A DNA stretch of 64,000 bases from Raillietiella orientalis. Its lineage: Eukaryota. The stretch covers positions 6,076,001 through 6,140,000 of the forward strand of contig JAYWIR010000002.1 of assembly GCA_036172245.1 (NCBI GenBank). The letters run 5' to 3'. A program made the translations under genes and the position numbers. The notes beneath the pieces were generated by a model. The model made no database searches. It had not been told where the DNA came from and saw only the letters and a list, made by a program, of their open reading frames with translations. The first letter of the stretch is position 1. The number at the start of each line of letters is the position of its first letter. Below, piece after piece: positions 26,560 through 37,384 of the stretch.

Positions 26560-27290
26560 TTACTGTTGTTTCATTCTTGTGCTCAACGAGGTGGAGAATC
26601 CTCGCAAACAGCCACTCACTTTGCCATGCCAACTCTTGAATGCAAGAGGATATGCAAGAGAAAATTCTGAGCCAATTGCAGGCCGTATACGTAGGAGTAG
26701 GTCGGCGATCTCGGGCTCCCAGACGAAGCACTCCGCCACTCCCATTCTTCTCGCGGAAAGGCGAAAACTCCTCCTTCGGCAATTACGCAGAGCGTTGCTC
26801 ATGGCGAACACGTTTGCCTCACGCCTTGAGGAACACCTCTCCACGGGGATTCGGATCCGTGCCTTGCATAATTCCGCCTCTTCGCAGTTCGTCCGAAAAA
26901 GTCTTGCAGCTTTTTCTCCCGACAGATTGGTCTTCCGGTTTTCCTTTCCCTTATGTCTTATCAAGAAAAGCTCCTCTTTCAATCTTTTCACCAGCGATCT
27001 ATCGTGCGAGAAACGTCCCTTGGAAACGAAGAATTTCTTCGGACGCACTCTGCGTCCTACGATTAAAATTGACGACAGAAATGGCCTTCGTAGATTGTTG
27101 CGCTTTCCTGACCTACTCTGCTCACAATCAACAGCAGCAGGGCTCTCTTTGGCAGGACCGATATCAAAATTTGTCCCTTCTGATGAATTCCACGTTCTCA
27201 AATTGGCGATAACGGATCGAATTCCAATGTGCATCATCCTCACGGATCAGGTACACTGCCCAGGGGAAATGTACAAAGCCACGGGATGAA
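26560..27290 (-). mobile_element. Possible BEL/Pao integrase fragment
   Basis: HP...MHIGIRSVIANLRTW...DCEQ resembles the BEL integrase zinc-finger (H.G....L..LR..W...C..C). Confidence 0.35.
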
Positions 27291-28611
27291 AATCGCAGAC
27301 GCATGCGCTTCTTCGGCGATTCCAATGTAAGTAAACTGGTGCTCCAGGGTGGAGGAAAAGAAATGGCAGTGGACGTCTCCTTTGGTACTTCAGGGTGGCA
27401 AGAAAGAGATGAATCTGGACATCTCCCCCTTACAGATCTTCTGCTGAAGCACCAGGGGGGAAAGGCGAAGGAAGAAGGACAGGTACAGGCAATCAGCTCC
27501 CCTCTTTTTCTCCGGAGGATCGTCAGCTTCAGCCAGAACTATCTTCCCGGAATCCCTAGGAATCTTGCTATCGGTGAAGGGAAGAGAGTGAAAGGGACCC
27601 TCCAGGCGATGAGAGGAGCGCATCCGGAGGGGAACGGTACGCTCCAACGTACGGGAGATCCGCTGGAGGTTGGGACGCCACCCGTGACGAAGGAATACCC
27701 TCGCGAACGGCGACATTTCTTTTGATCCTCGGGTAGAGGATGAATGAGGAGAAAGAAGATGCAGTGACGGCGGCGGTGGATTTTCCGGTCATCGGTCGTG
27801 TCCCCCGGCACATCTAGAAATAGAAGTGCAGGAAGACACCACTTTCATAGGCGGGGTGCAGGGGATGCCGCTGTTGCATTTTTTTTTTGCTTCTCCCCGC
27901 AGAGGAAGGTTTCAGAACCTCAAAGAGGTCTCCTCGGTGCTCGTACGTCCTTTCAGTCATCTCAGATCACCTTGTGATCTGCTCGTGTTAGGAGAAGTGA
28001 GCTCGATCTTGGGTGGGCACATGGAGAATCGACCGGGTGTCCACTCCGTAGGGCTCTCAAATCGGTGACAACTGGTCCATGTGACCGGCTTGGGTATTCT
28101 CTGAAGATGAGTTCCCGGTGTCTGCGGTTATCGCAAAGAACCGCGTGGCCTTCCAGGATCTAAGGCCTCAAAAGTCTCTCGTTGATGCGCAGGTGGGCTC
28201 TGTCTGGAAGCCCATCTTGTAACTCGCTGTCCGGTGTTCCTGAGACGAAGAGGTCTCGACAGTCACGTGGGCAGCCCCGACTTGCCCTTTTTCCTCCCCT
28301 ATTCGAAACACCGCGGGAACGCCTCGAAACCTCTGTCTGAAGCAGCCTAGTTCGAGGAATGGCGGGATGCAGGAAAGGCAGGGAGTCCTTCCGCCCACCC
28401 AGTCACAGAAAGCGCTGGTCCAGAGCAGGTGCTCGAAAGCTAAGGAAGCCGTCGCGGCTCACATGGTGGAGAGCAGCAGCGCCCACGCCGTCGAGGAGCT
28501 TTTTGTTCCCCCGTTTATCTCGAAAGACCCCGAGAAACGAGAGAGGGCCAGAGCTTCTGTTCTTTCATGTTCAATTTTTCACTTTTTTTTTTTTTTTGTC
28601 TGTGACGCCCG

Positions 28612-29010
28612 TATAACGGGATGGCCACTAGTCCGCGTTATACGAGACTTGCAGGTTAAACCTAGATTGTGTATGTTGTAAAGTACGGAATATATCTCAA
28701 AAGATGGTGCTACTAGAATACTTACCGATCACTTTGAGCAAAAACAAAAAGTTAAAGAGTTCATTCATTAAAGTGAAAAGAATTTTTTAGAGTTTTGTTG
28801 ACATTCGATCAATTTTACGCACTTCTAGTTTCAGCTCCATCGCTCTGGTTGTGGGAAATGTATCTCCTTGAGCTGTTTCATTTACGAAAACGCTAATGGA
28901 TCCAGATTCAACTTGTTAAAGGGTTTACGTTCTTTTTGAAAATGCAGCTGAACCGACAACACCGCACCACAAAATCAGAGCTGCGTCGTACGGAGCCGAT
29001 TGACCGCGTT
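28612..29010. mobile_element. pogo/Tigger-like MITE remnant
   Basis: AT-rich island starting with the palindromic motifs CCCGTATAACG...CCGCGTTATACGAG. 28615-28655 is an inverted homolog of 37329-37378. Confidence 0.45.
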
Positions 29011-29624
29011 AGCACTTTTTCGCCACGTTGTACGGATCCGCACCATGCGGGAGTCCGCTGTACTTATTTAAGGTTCTGGGAGCACGGCACTCGTGGACAC
29101 TTGGAGCTGGAGGCCTGACGGCACAGTCTGGTTGGTTCCCACTCTGTCATTCTGACAGCTGCGGTCCAGCTCCCTCTGCGGCTGCTCGGGAGGGCAGGAG
29201 CTGTTCTGTAACCCTCAGGCAGCCGGCCACGAGGAACCCGGACTGCGGCGCGGTTGGATCTTTCTTCTTGCTGGACTGGTGGAGTTCTTTTCTACCGGCC
29301 GCCTGCTTGAAGTCACAATTCGGCTCTGTGCTGTTGTGTGCCAAAAAGTCGATGCTGCTGGCAACGCTCGCGACCTGTCCAGACAGTCTCCAGAGGACTC
29401 CAGAATCCCGCCGGAGGAGCTGGCTGGGGTGGAGAACCAGGAACGAGGACAAGCTGGCTGGAACACCTGCCTTGCTGAAGAAGCATGGAGGCGCTCAAAG
29501 ATGAAATTTGGAATGGCACGGCATAAATCGATAATCGTCTTGCAGGAACCTTCAGCGCATTATCGACAGGACAAGAAGTTCGGTGTGACCGAGAGGGTGA
29601 GTCCGCGATGACGGCTGTGCGGCT

Positions 29625-30000
29625 GCGGTCCCCGCGTGCACGGCACCAGGTGTCGCGGGTTCGAATCCCCACGTGAAGGATCGAGGCGGGAGAATTTCGA
29701 GTCCCCTCAGCCCCCCCGCAGGATGACGCTGCTTGATCCACGGGCTTCGGGCGCGGCACTGGTGAAAGCTTTCGTTTGCTGGCCTCCGGGATCCCTCCAG
29801 CAATCAGGGAGCCACTGTTTCTTTCGGAGAGCGCCCTTCAGGGAAATCGAAAAGCATCCCTTCGGATGGTTCTCTTCAGAAGAGAAATCCAGCAGCTTTC
29901 CGGGCTCCCTCCGGAGAAGAAAGGAGGAGGAGTCCACTCCGAGAGTCCCTCCGGAGAGAAAAACTCCGCGGTTCTCTTTGAAGTTCCCTCCCGCCTGAGA
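29625..30000 (+). repeat. tRNA-headed repeat X, copy 2 (interrupted; resumes at 30929-30990)
   Basis: Perfect B-box GGTTCGAATCC at 29658-29668. Body is homologous to 22050-22270. Confidence 0.65.
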
Positions 30001-30928
30001 CTCATCGGCATCCACGCCCGCTGATCGATGTGCAAGATCTGAAGAGTCCTAGCATGAGCGCGTGGGCAGAGCGGACCTTGCTGCAACGATGCCCTTCCTG
30101 AAGAGGGAACTTGGTAGTAGACAAAATCCGAGGTGGAAAGTCTCCTACGAGATCACAGGCAGGCGGAAGCTGAAGAGTGGGTAGGCCATAGGGAGACTGA
30201 CCGACGCTGCGACCCCGAGTGCTACGAGCCCGTAGAAGGCTACGAGGACTCCGCTGCTGGCGAGCTGCTCGGCATTCCTAGAGAAGACCTGGAGTGGCCT
30301 CCAGTGCTCAAGGACAGCAGCATCCTCCCCTTGAAGTGGGAAGGGACGGCATTTCTGCTGTTGCTGCACTGGGGTCTTCCCTGAAACTCCTGCCGACACC
30401 ATTGGACGCTAGGGAGGGCGAGCCCGGACCATCGCAGGTGCAAGGAACGGGAATCCTTTGAGCACCTGCTTGTGAACCGTGTTTCCCTCCGGCCCCTGTG
30501 GGAACGTTTCGGAACGACCATGAGGACCCCCGAAGGGACGGTAACCCCAGGGACGTTCTACAACTCCTATTCACGCGGGATGCCCTTCCGCCAGCCGCAG
30601 CCTTTACGACTCTTTGCTGCATTCCATCCGGTACTGTGGCGACCTGGAACGATGCTGAAGGAGGACCGAACGAAAGGGACGCCCCACCCAGTTTGCAATT
30701 CTTTTTCTGCGGACAGCAGCCAGAGGACCCCACCTGGGACCTATTCGGGCGGACCAAGCTATCCTGGAAAGGATGCAGACTTCCTCCAGAGGACAGTGAT
30801 CTATACCCGACCCTTCCAAAGATTTTTATTTATTTATTTTCCTTTTGTGGTAGGACCACGCGCCCTACCACAATTTGTGATTTTCTTTTAAATTTTAATA
30901 AACGCCCCGGAGCGTCCTGGTGGAAATC
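30001..30928 (+). mobile_element. L1/Tx1-like family 1, 5'-truncated copy b with TSD
   Basis: LLGIPREDLEWPPVLKDSSILPLKWEGTAFLLLLHWGLP followed by RCKERESFEHLLV, a zf-RVT-like CCHC region. Flanked by GAAGTTCCCTCCCG at 29980-29993 and 30929-30942. Confidence 0.85.
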
Positions 30929-31099
30929 GAAGTTCCCTCCCGAGCTTAAGAGGAACGGACGCCTTTCTCTGGAGCCCTTCCTGGATTCCTAAGGTTGAAT
31001 ATAGGCCGTCGAAGAAACCCTCTTTAACTCCAGTTGCACGGCTGGTGTCAATGGATACCGGAGACGAACTCGTCGGGACCGCGAATTGCATCGAGGACT

Positions 31100-32300
31100 G
31101 GCAGAAAAGGCGGAAAGTAATCTCGGATGTTGCTTTATAACATCCAGAATACCCTCTGCGTGTCTTTTGTCTTGTTTTGTTGGCCCTCTATGTGGCAGCT
31201 CGTATCGCGGGACTTCCGGCATCGGATGCAGGAGTCTTTTCTGAGGAGAAGTCCCAGAGGCAGTCACGTAACTTCTAGGTTGACGCAGGGTTTCCGGCGC
31301 AACGCTGCAAGCCCGAAAGCGCAGCCAGACAGAAGGGAGGCTTCGGAGAAAGAGTATTTCGAGCGATCGAGGACTTCCCATGGTTCCCGAAGCGGGAGGG
31401 AGGAGGAGGAGGTTCCTGACCACGCGCGCACCGCGCGGAAAGGAGTTGTTTGGAGAGCGACATCGCAGCAGCTGCATGCACGCCGACCAGAGAGAGGCAG
31501 GCAGCTGCTGTGGTGAGCCACCGTCTCTAGAGCTGGGTCGTCGACGCACCACACAACATCCCCGTTACCGACGATGGGAAGGATCTGCCAAACTCTCAGC
31601 TGCTGGAACGGCGCTGGTGGACTCAGGGAGAGCCGGAATACTGCATCCTAGAATTCGACAAAAAGAGGATGATTGCACGCTCGGAGACACGTGGGTTCGT
31701 TCAACCAGTCCAGCGCGTCGACCTTCCGAGGACCTCACCTCCGTACTCCGTGGATGCATGGGTTTAGGATCAAAGCCCTTTGTTGAGGATGCTGCCTGCT
31801 TTGGGCACGCAAATGGAACGCCAGAGGACTGACGGACGTTGGAAAATCTTCCGCCGACTGGATCCATCAGGGATCCTCAACTTTGGACAGTCCCTAGAGC
31901 GCTTCCTGATTTTGGGTGGATTCCTCAGACCCCACCAGACAGACTGCTGCTTCCCAACGGTTGCAGCGTAGTCAGGTGCGGACTCGCGCGGCTCCCGGGC
32001 GACGAGCGGACGAGGAAATTCCTTGTGCAAGTCCTCTACGCTGCAGCGGCGCGAAGCGTGGAGGGTAGGCGCGCGAGTCCTTTCATCCTCTTCACCGGAG
32101 GGACTTTCGCGGGACGTGATCCACGGAATTTCCGCTTTCCCCCGTGTGCTGCATGCCACCATGGTGGGCAGAGCACTGCGCGGACGAAGGCCAAGTGGCA
32201 CTGCATGTCTCTCTCCCCTTTCGACTGAAGCAGCCGGCATTCTCTCAGCTTCGGGGCGACATTTCCCCTCCTCCTGAGAGACCCTCAAAGAACGCACGCT
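31100..32300 (-). mobile_element. Degenerate non-LTR RT remnant
   Basis: STKGFDPKPMH (KAFD.V.H-like), RILGCSIPAL (QGC.LSP.L-like) and SLAD in order in ORF 31565-31867. Confidence 0.4.
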
Positions 32301-32329
32301 GCTCGGCTCAAACTTATTTTTTTCCTGTG

Positions 32330-33300
32330 CGCTTCAGCACATCGACTCGGCCCTTTGCACAGAGACCGTGGTGCTCGGCGACCGCCGAGGTTAACTCCAC
32401 CAGTGGCGAACCGAAAGCCTGCGACTGCGGGGTTCACTCCAGCTCTCCCACGCACCGAGTGAGTTTAAAGTGTCCTTAAGCTCGTTGCGCCGGCAGAGGG
32501 GTCAGGTGACGCTCAGCCTTGGGCTTTCCCACGTACCAAAGATCGACCAGCTCGTGGCCGATTCTCAATTTGTGGGAAAGCCGCCCCTTCTCGTGTGCCA
32601 TGACACGCGCTGCGGCCAGTCCGCTCCGGTATCCATTTACCCCAGCAATGGACCTCGAATTAAAGAGGGTTTCCACGACGACCCATCTTCGCGTCAGCGC
32701 CATTTCGATGCTGAACTCTTCCTGCGTGAAGACCAGGGCGCCATCCCGTCTTCCCGGATCTCGGGGCAGTACCTGGTTCGTGACGAAGTCACTTGCTTTC
32801 CAAAGACCCAGGCACCAGTAGAATTCGAGACGAAGAAAAAAGACACGTCACCTACCTGCTTTCTTTCCATCCTGAAGATGTCACCGGAAGCGAAGCTTAG
32901 TCGCTTCCGGTGACTGAGATCACTGTCGTCACTTCCGAGGTTCCCGTCTGAAGAGTGAATAAGTCAGGTGCATCCACGTGGTCGACGAGAACGCCGAACG
33001 TCAGGCAAAATTGCTTCGATCCATCCTTTTGGGCCCATTGGACTGCAGATCGAGATGGGAGTGCAGCGTAGGTGTGGACGCGAAAGAAGACGGAGGCACC
33101 CCTGTAGGAAGCCGTGGGAATTCCAGGCAGCGGGAAGAGCTTCTTGTGGGGAAATTTTTTCTCACCGCACCTGCGGATGACCTCAGACGCCTCAGACGTG
33201 AGGTCAAGGCAGCATACGAGGTCGAGGACTCCCTCCCAGAGGGGAGGCACTTCCAGATGCAGGCGAGGAAGGTGGAGGTGAAGGTCAGCCCCTCGTCGCA
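32330..33300 (-). mobile_element. BEL/Pao pol remnant (RNaseH end to integrase start)
   Basis: VVETLFNSR...HLTPLPAQRA (M.PLP..RV-like) then TGGVNLGG (TGVDFAGP-like). 32620-32685 has an inverted homolog at 31005-31065. Confidence 0.5.
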
Positions 33301-34649
33301 GGAGGGGACTAGTTCCCGTGGGGACGGAGAGCCGTAATTGCCGCAGGGAATTTCAGAGACCTTCCCGCCCCTGCTTCCTTCTTCACGCTTAGTCTGTCCT
33401 GTCATCCTGAGGAGTCCCGAGGGATGACCCGACTGCGCGCTGGCGTGACCGTGCAACGGATGAATAAAAAAAGCGACTGCAAAGCGGAAAGGAAGAGGGC
33501 TGGGGAGAGAGGGAGGAACGGTGCCGTCCTTTTCGAGGATGGGATCCCCTCGCAGAAAGGGCACCGGAGGCGGGGATGTAGATTTCGAGGGAGCGGTCGC
33601 GCGACGTCAATCAGCAGCGCGACGGTGCTTCGGCAAGAGTCGTGCACACTCGTGCGCGGAACCGCGAGCATCACCCCATCCACCCTACTGGCCGGCCAGT
33701 TGCGCCCTGGCCCGGGAGCCTCCTCTGCGGCGCCGTGGGCGCGCGCGGGGTCCACCCCCAACCCCAACCCTTGTCGGCGGAGCGAAATCGTAGCTGCCGG
33801 GGCCCGCAGGGGTTCCTGCCCGCTTCCGGTGGCGACACCGAGCGGAATGGTCCGCAGACTCCCTCCCCCCCTCCCCATTCTCCGCTAAATCCCAGTCCGT
33901 TTCTCTGACAATTTGGCCGCGCTCGAAAGTTTTAATGCCGCATCCTTGCTTGTCAGCGTCCGAAAGCTCTTCGATTTGGGATATTCCGATTGAAAGTGAA
34001 GAGCCGTCCCCTTCCCCGACGCCGAACTCGCGAGCGGAGCGGTTGCGATGGAGACTGCAGGATGAGGAACGGCGGCTGACCAAGGAAGAGAGGGGAGGGC
34101 GCGAAAATCTGCCTCTGCTGGAAGATGGAACTCCGAAGCGTCTCCGCTTCCCAGGGAGAGCCTTCAGGAAGACCCTCTTTCTCTGGCAGATGCTCGCTGG
34201 GCGCTCCTGAAGCCCTCGGAGTTCGTCCTCGACCCGAGGCGCGAGCGCGTCGTTCCCCCGGTCTTCCCTCGTCGAGAGAGAGAGCAATCCGTCGGTCCAG
34301 ACCGCTCTCGCCGGTGAGTCCTCCGCGACCGCGACGTCCCGGGGAGACAGACCGTTTCCTCGGGGGCTCGCCGGAAGCGACGGTGCAGTCGAGTCGTCGT
34401 CCTCGACCGGACCACCTGGACGGAGGAGAATGCTCTTCGCCGCGTGCACGTGCCGAAACCCCGCCGCCAAACCGAAACTCCCTGGTCCTTTCTTCCTCCA
34501 CCCCCAGCCTCAATCCCCCTTCTGCTCCCCTCATGCCGATCAGGTTCCGAAGAAACCAGTCCTATGTAATGCTTCTCATTTATCCTCCCTGCATCTCTCC
34601 CGCTCCGTTCCTGACCTTCCGCCTGCTCCTTGCGAACTGCATCCCCACG

Positions 34650-34885
34650 CCCGGACACACTTCCCGGCCCTCCAAACTCTTTTTGTTTTGTTTTTTCCCA
34701 ATTTTATTTTTATTTTTGTTTTCTCCCCTATCCCCTTCCACTGCCGAGGAGAGTCACACCGGGCTGCGTCCCGGCGTCCCTGCAGGTCCGATGTTACGTG
34801 GCCGTTAGTGGGCCTTGTACCACATTTTTTGTGTTGACCATGCAAGAGGTTTTAAATGAACGTCCCGGCGTATCCGGGTGGCATC
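34650..34885 (+). mobile_element. Family 1-like 3' end (copy c)
   Basis: T-tract, CCGGG-CTGCGT-CCCGG hairpin (34759-34774) and terminal CGTCCCGGCGTATCCGGGTG. Confidence 0.7.
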
Positions 34886-36329
34886 GCCCGGACACCTCTG
34901 CGAGATCAGCCGGTGGAACACGCGGGATTCCTCCCTCCTTCCCTTCTGGAGCAGGAAAAGTGGAAGGGCAAGTTTCACCCGGGACGCACCCGCAAGGGCG
35001 ATCGAGGGCATCTCGTGGTTCCCAGCGCAGAAATGAGGAGGAGGGAGAGAGAAGATGAGAGGGAGAGGAGAAGGAGAAAGAGGAGGGAGGGAAGAGGAGG
35101 AAGGGAAGAGGAGGAAGGGAGGAGGAAGAAGGGAAGGTCTCGGGAACACGCTCAGTTTTCCCGCCTGCTTCCCTTCGGGAGAGCGGGAAGGCTGCACCCG
35201 AAATCTCCTCCGCACGCGACGGGTGAGCTCGGATCGGACAGTCGGCCGCTCCCTCCGCGTTGACAGCTGCGCGGCAACGGCGCTCCCTTTCTGGCCTCGC
35301 GTCCTCCCTTCTTTTGGCTGACCCCACTTTGAAAAGGCGAAACGTTGCGAGAGTCCACCTGGTTTGCGTGACTCCGACGTCTTGCTCGCTGCCCTCGGAG
35401 GCGCCGCCAGTGCACGTCGCTGTTTCGCCGCGCCTCCGAAGAAGTGGATTCTTTCATCAGCCCCCCCTGTCCCTGCAACTCTTGGATTTACTTCGTCTTT
35501 CATGATGATGATGGTCGCGGACGTCTTTTGCATCCATCAAGCCAGCAGTGATGATATTTTTTTTTTGAAGGGGGAGAGGAGGGGCTCGGGAGGTAGAAAC
35601 TGATCCACGAACGCTTCCGAGCTGGGGATAATGATTGATCGTAATCGTAGTGTATCATTTCGGATTTCATCAGGTATTTTTCTGGGCTTTGGACGGATCG
35701 GAGACATCCAGCCCACGGTTTCCCTCGTCGCAGACGAGAAGATCTGCAGGCTTCCCTCGGAAAGCAAAGTGCGCGTTCGGACATCACATGTCCGGGAGCT
35801 CCGCGATGGGGACACGACCACGCGAAGAGCAGGCGAGCGAGCGCCGCGGTGACTTCTTCTTCGGCTGCTTCCCACGCTCCCTGGATTTAGGCCCTCGCTC
35901 CTGGGGAAGCTCCGCTGGACTCCTAATATGGTTGCCGGAGAGAGAGATCCATGCGTGTCTCCCGTCCGTGTTCCTCCGTGAAGAAGGAGCGAGCGAGTGC
36001 TGCTGTCCCAGTCTGCTTGTCGCCGCCGTTAATCACAGGCCGCACAGGCCGCTTCCCACTTCCTTCTTTGCCGTTCGTCCTGTTCTCCTGCTGCTGCTCT
36101 TCACCACAGCAGGGGTGGTGTCCATGTCGCGCCACCCCCTTGAGTGTGTTTTGATTTGTGAGTACCGTACGTCTTTAAAATACTAATGAATATATATATA
36201 TATATGTATATAATTATTCCATAGGATGGTTGGAAGCGAATACTATTTTCTGAAATCACCTGAAATTTAGATTTTGGTTTTTGGTATTCGTTCGTGGAAT
36301 AACGCTCTCATGCTACTATAGCAGCGGAC

Positions 36330-36720
36330 CCTGTTTAACCCTTTCTCCGTGTTGTACAAGACCTAATGTCCCGCATAACGTATGACCTTCCCGCACCCGT
36401 TGTTGGATTGTGCTTGCCCTCCCGAGTGTCCAGGAACACTTTTCTGCTGAAATGCCACTCCTCTGCAACGGCAGAGAGGAAGTCTTGCGGCGCCTCTTCG
36501 CGCGCGACTCGATGTCGCCTGCAGCTTCCCTTACAGCTCCGTGCTGCTTTCGTGGGATCGTGGCAGCAACAAACCGCGCCGAAAGAGGCCAGTTGAAGGG
36601 TGAGGTCATCGCAATCGCCTGCTCCTTCGTGAGGAAGGAGACAAGACGGCCACATCTCTTCCAACAAAAGGAGGAAGTTGCCAACGTCTTCCAGAGGACG
36701 CTGAAGACGCCAGGAAGAAA
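36330..36720 (-). mobile_element. BEL/Pao integrase core remnant
   Basis: CDDLTLQLASFGAV (ELV.DLT..FL.A-like) and FLSAVAEEWHFS (I.WHF-like). Confidence 0.4.
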
Positions 36721-36989
36721 TCTGCGATCCCTTCCCTCCCCCCCATACATTTTTTAAAACTGAAGTCATGTTTTTGTTTTTATTTTTGTTTACCCCTTCC
36801 CTCACTCCTGTGCGGACCTCATCAGGGCTCTGCTCTCGAGAGGCAGCAGAGAGTCCGAGGCACCTCACTTCACAGAGGCGATGGGAAGCCACCACGAAAA
36901 AAAAGCCATTTTTTAATATTTTATATGACTGTGTGTACGCACAAAAAAAGTGGCGTGACCAGGGGGAAAAGATAACGCTGCGAAAAAAA

Positions 36990-37384
36990 CGGTCCTCGTA
37001 TAACGCGGCAAATCTGCCTGCGGATAAATTTCAATCTTCAGCTGTTGTTAAATAGAATCTATTTAACAGCCGCAGAATGTATTCTACTTTATTCAAACCT
37101 TCGTGGATATCAAAGCTCAGCAGTAGAAATAGAGTTTTTCAATAACGGGAACGATAGAGATGCAACCATAGAATTCTTGAAATTCAGCAAAAAACTCTTG
37201 GAGCAAACAACAAACGTTTCAGTTTTCTGTTCTTGGGTTCGAAGTACTTATTCTACTACTGTGAAGTTCAAGGTGGATTTTATTCTATCTTTCAGAAATG
37301 TTATCAAAGCATGTTTATCAATGTCGAACCTGTAGGACTCGCACAACGCGTAACGAATCCTCCGTGTTATACGGGCCCCTACTG
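36990..37384. mobile_element. pogo/Tigger-like MITE remnant
   Basis: AT-rich island bounded by CCTCGTATAACGCGG and CCGTGTTATACGGGCCCCTACTG. The reverse complement of the latter begins CAGTAG, typical of pogo/Tigger TIRs. Confidence 0.5.

Noticed and set aside
29625..29675. Functional tRNA gene
   Set aside because: Only the T-arm/B-box is recognisable, with no acceptor stem, anticodon arm or T-run terminator.
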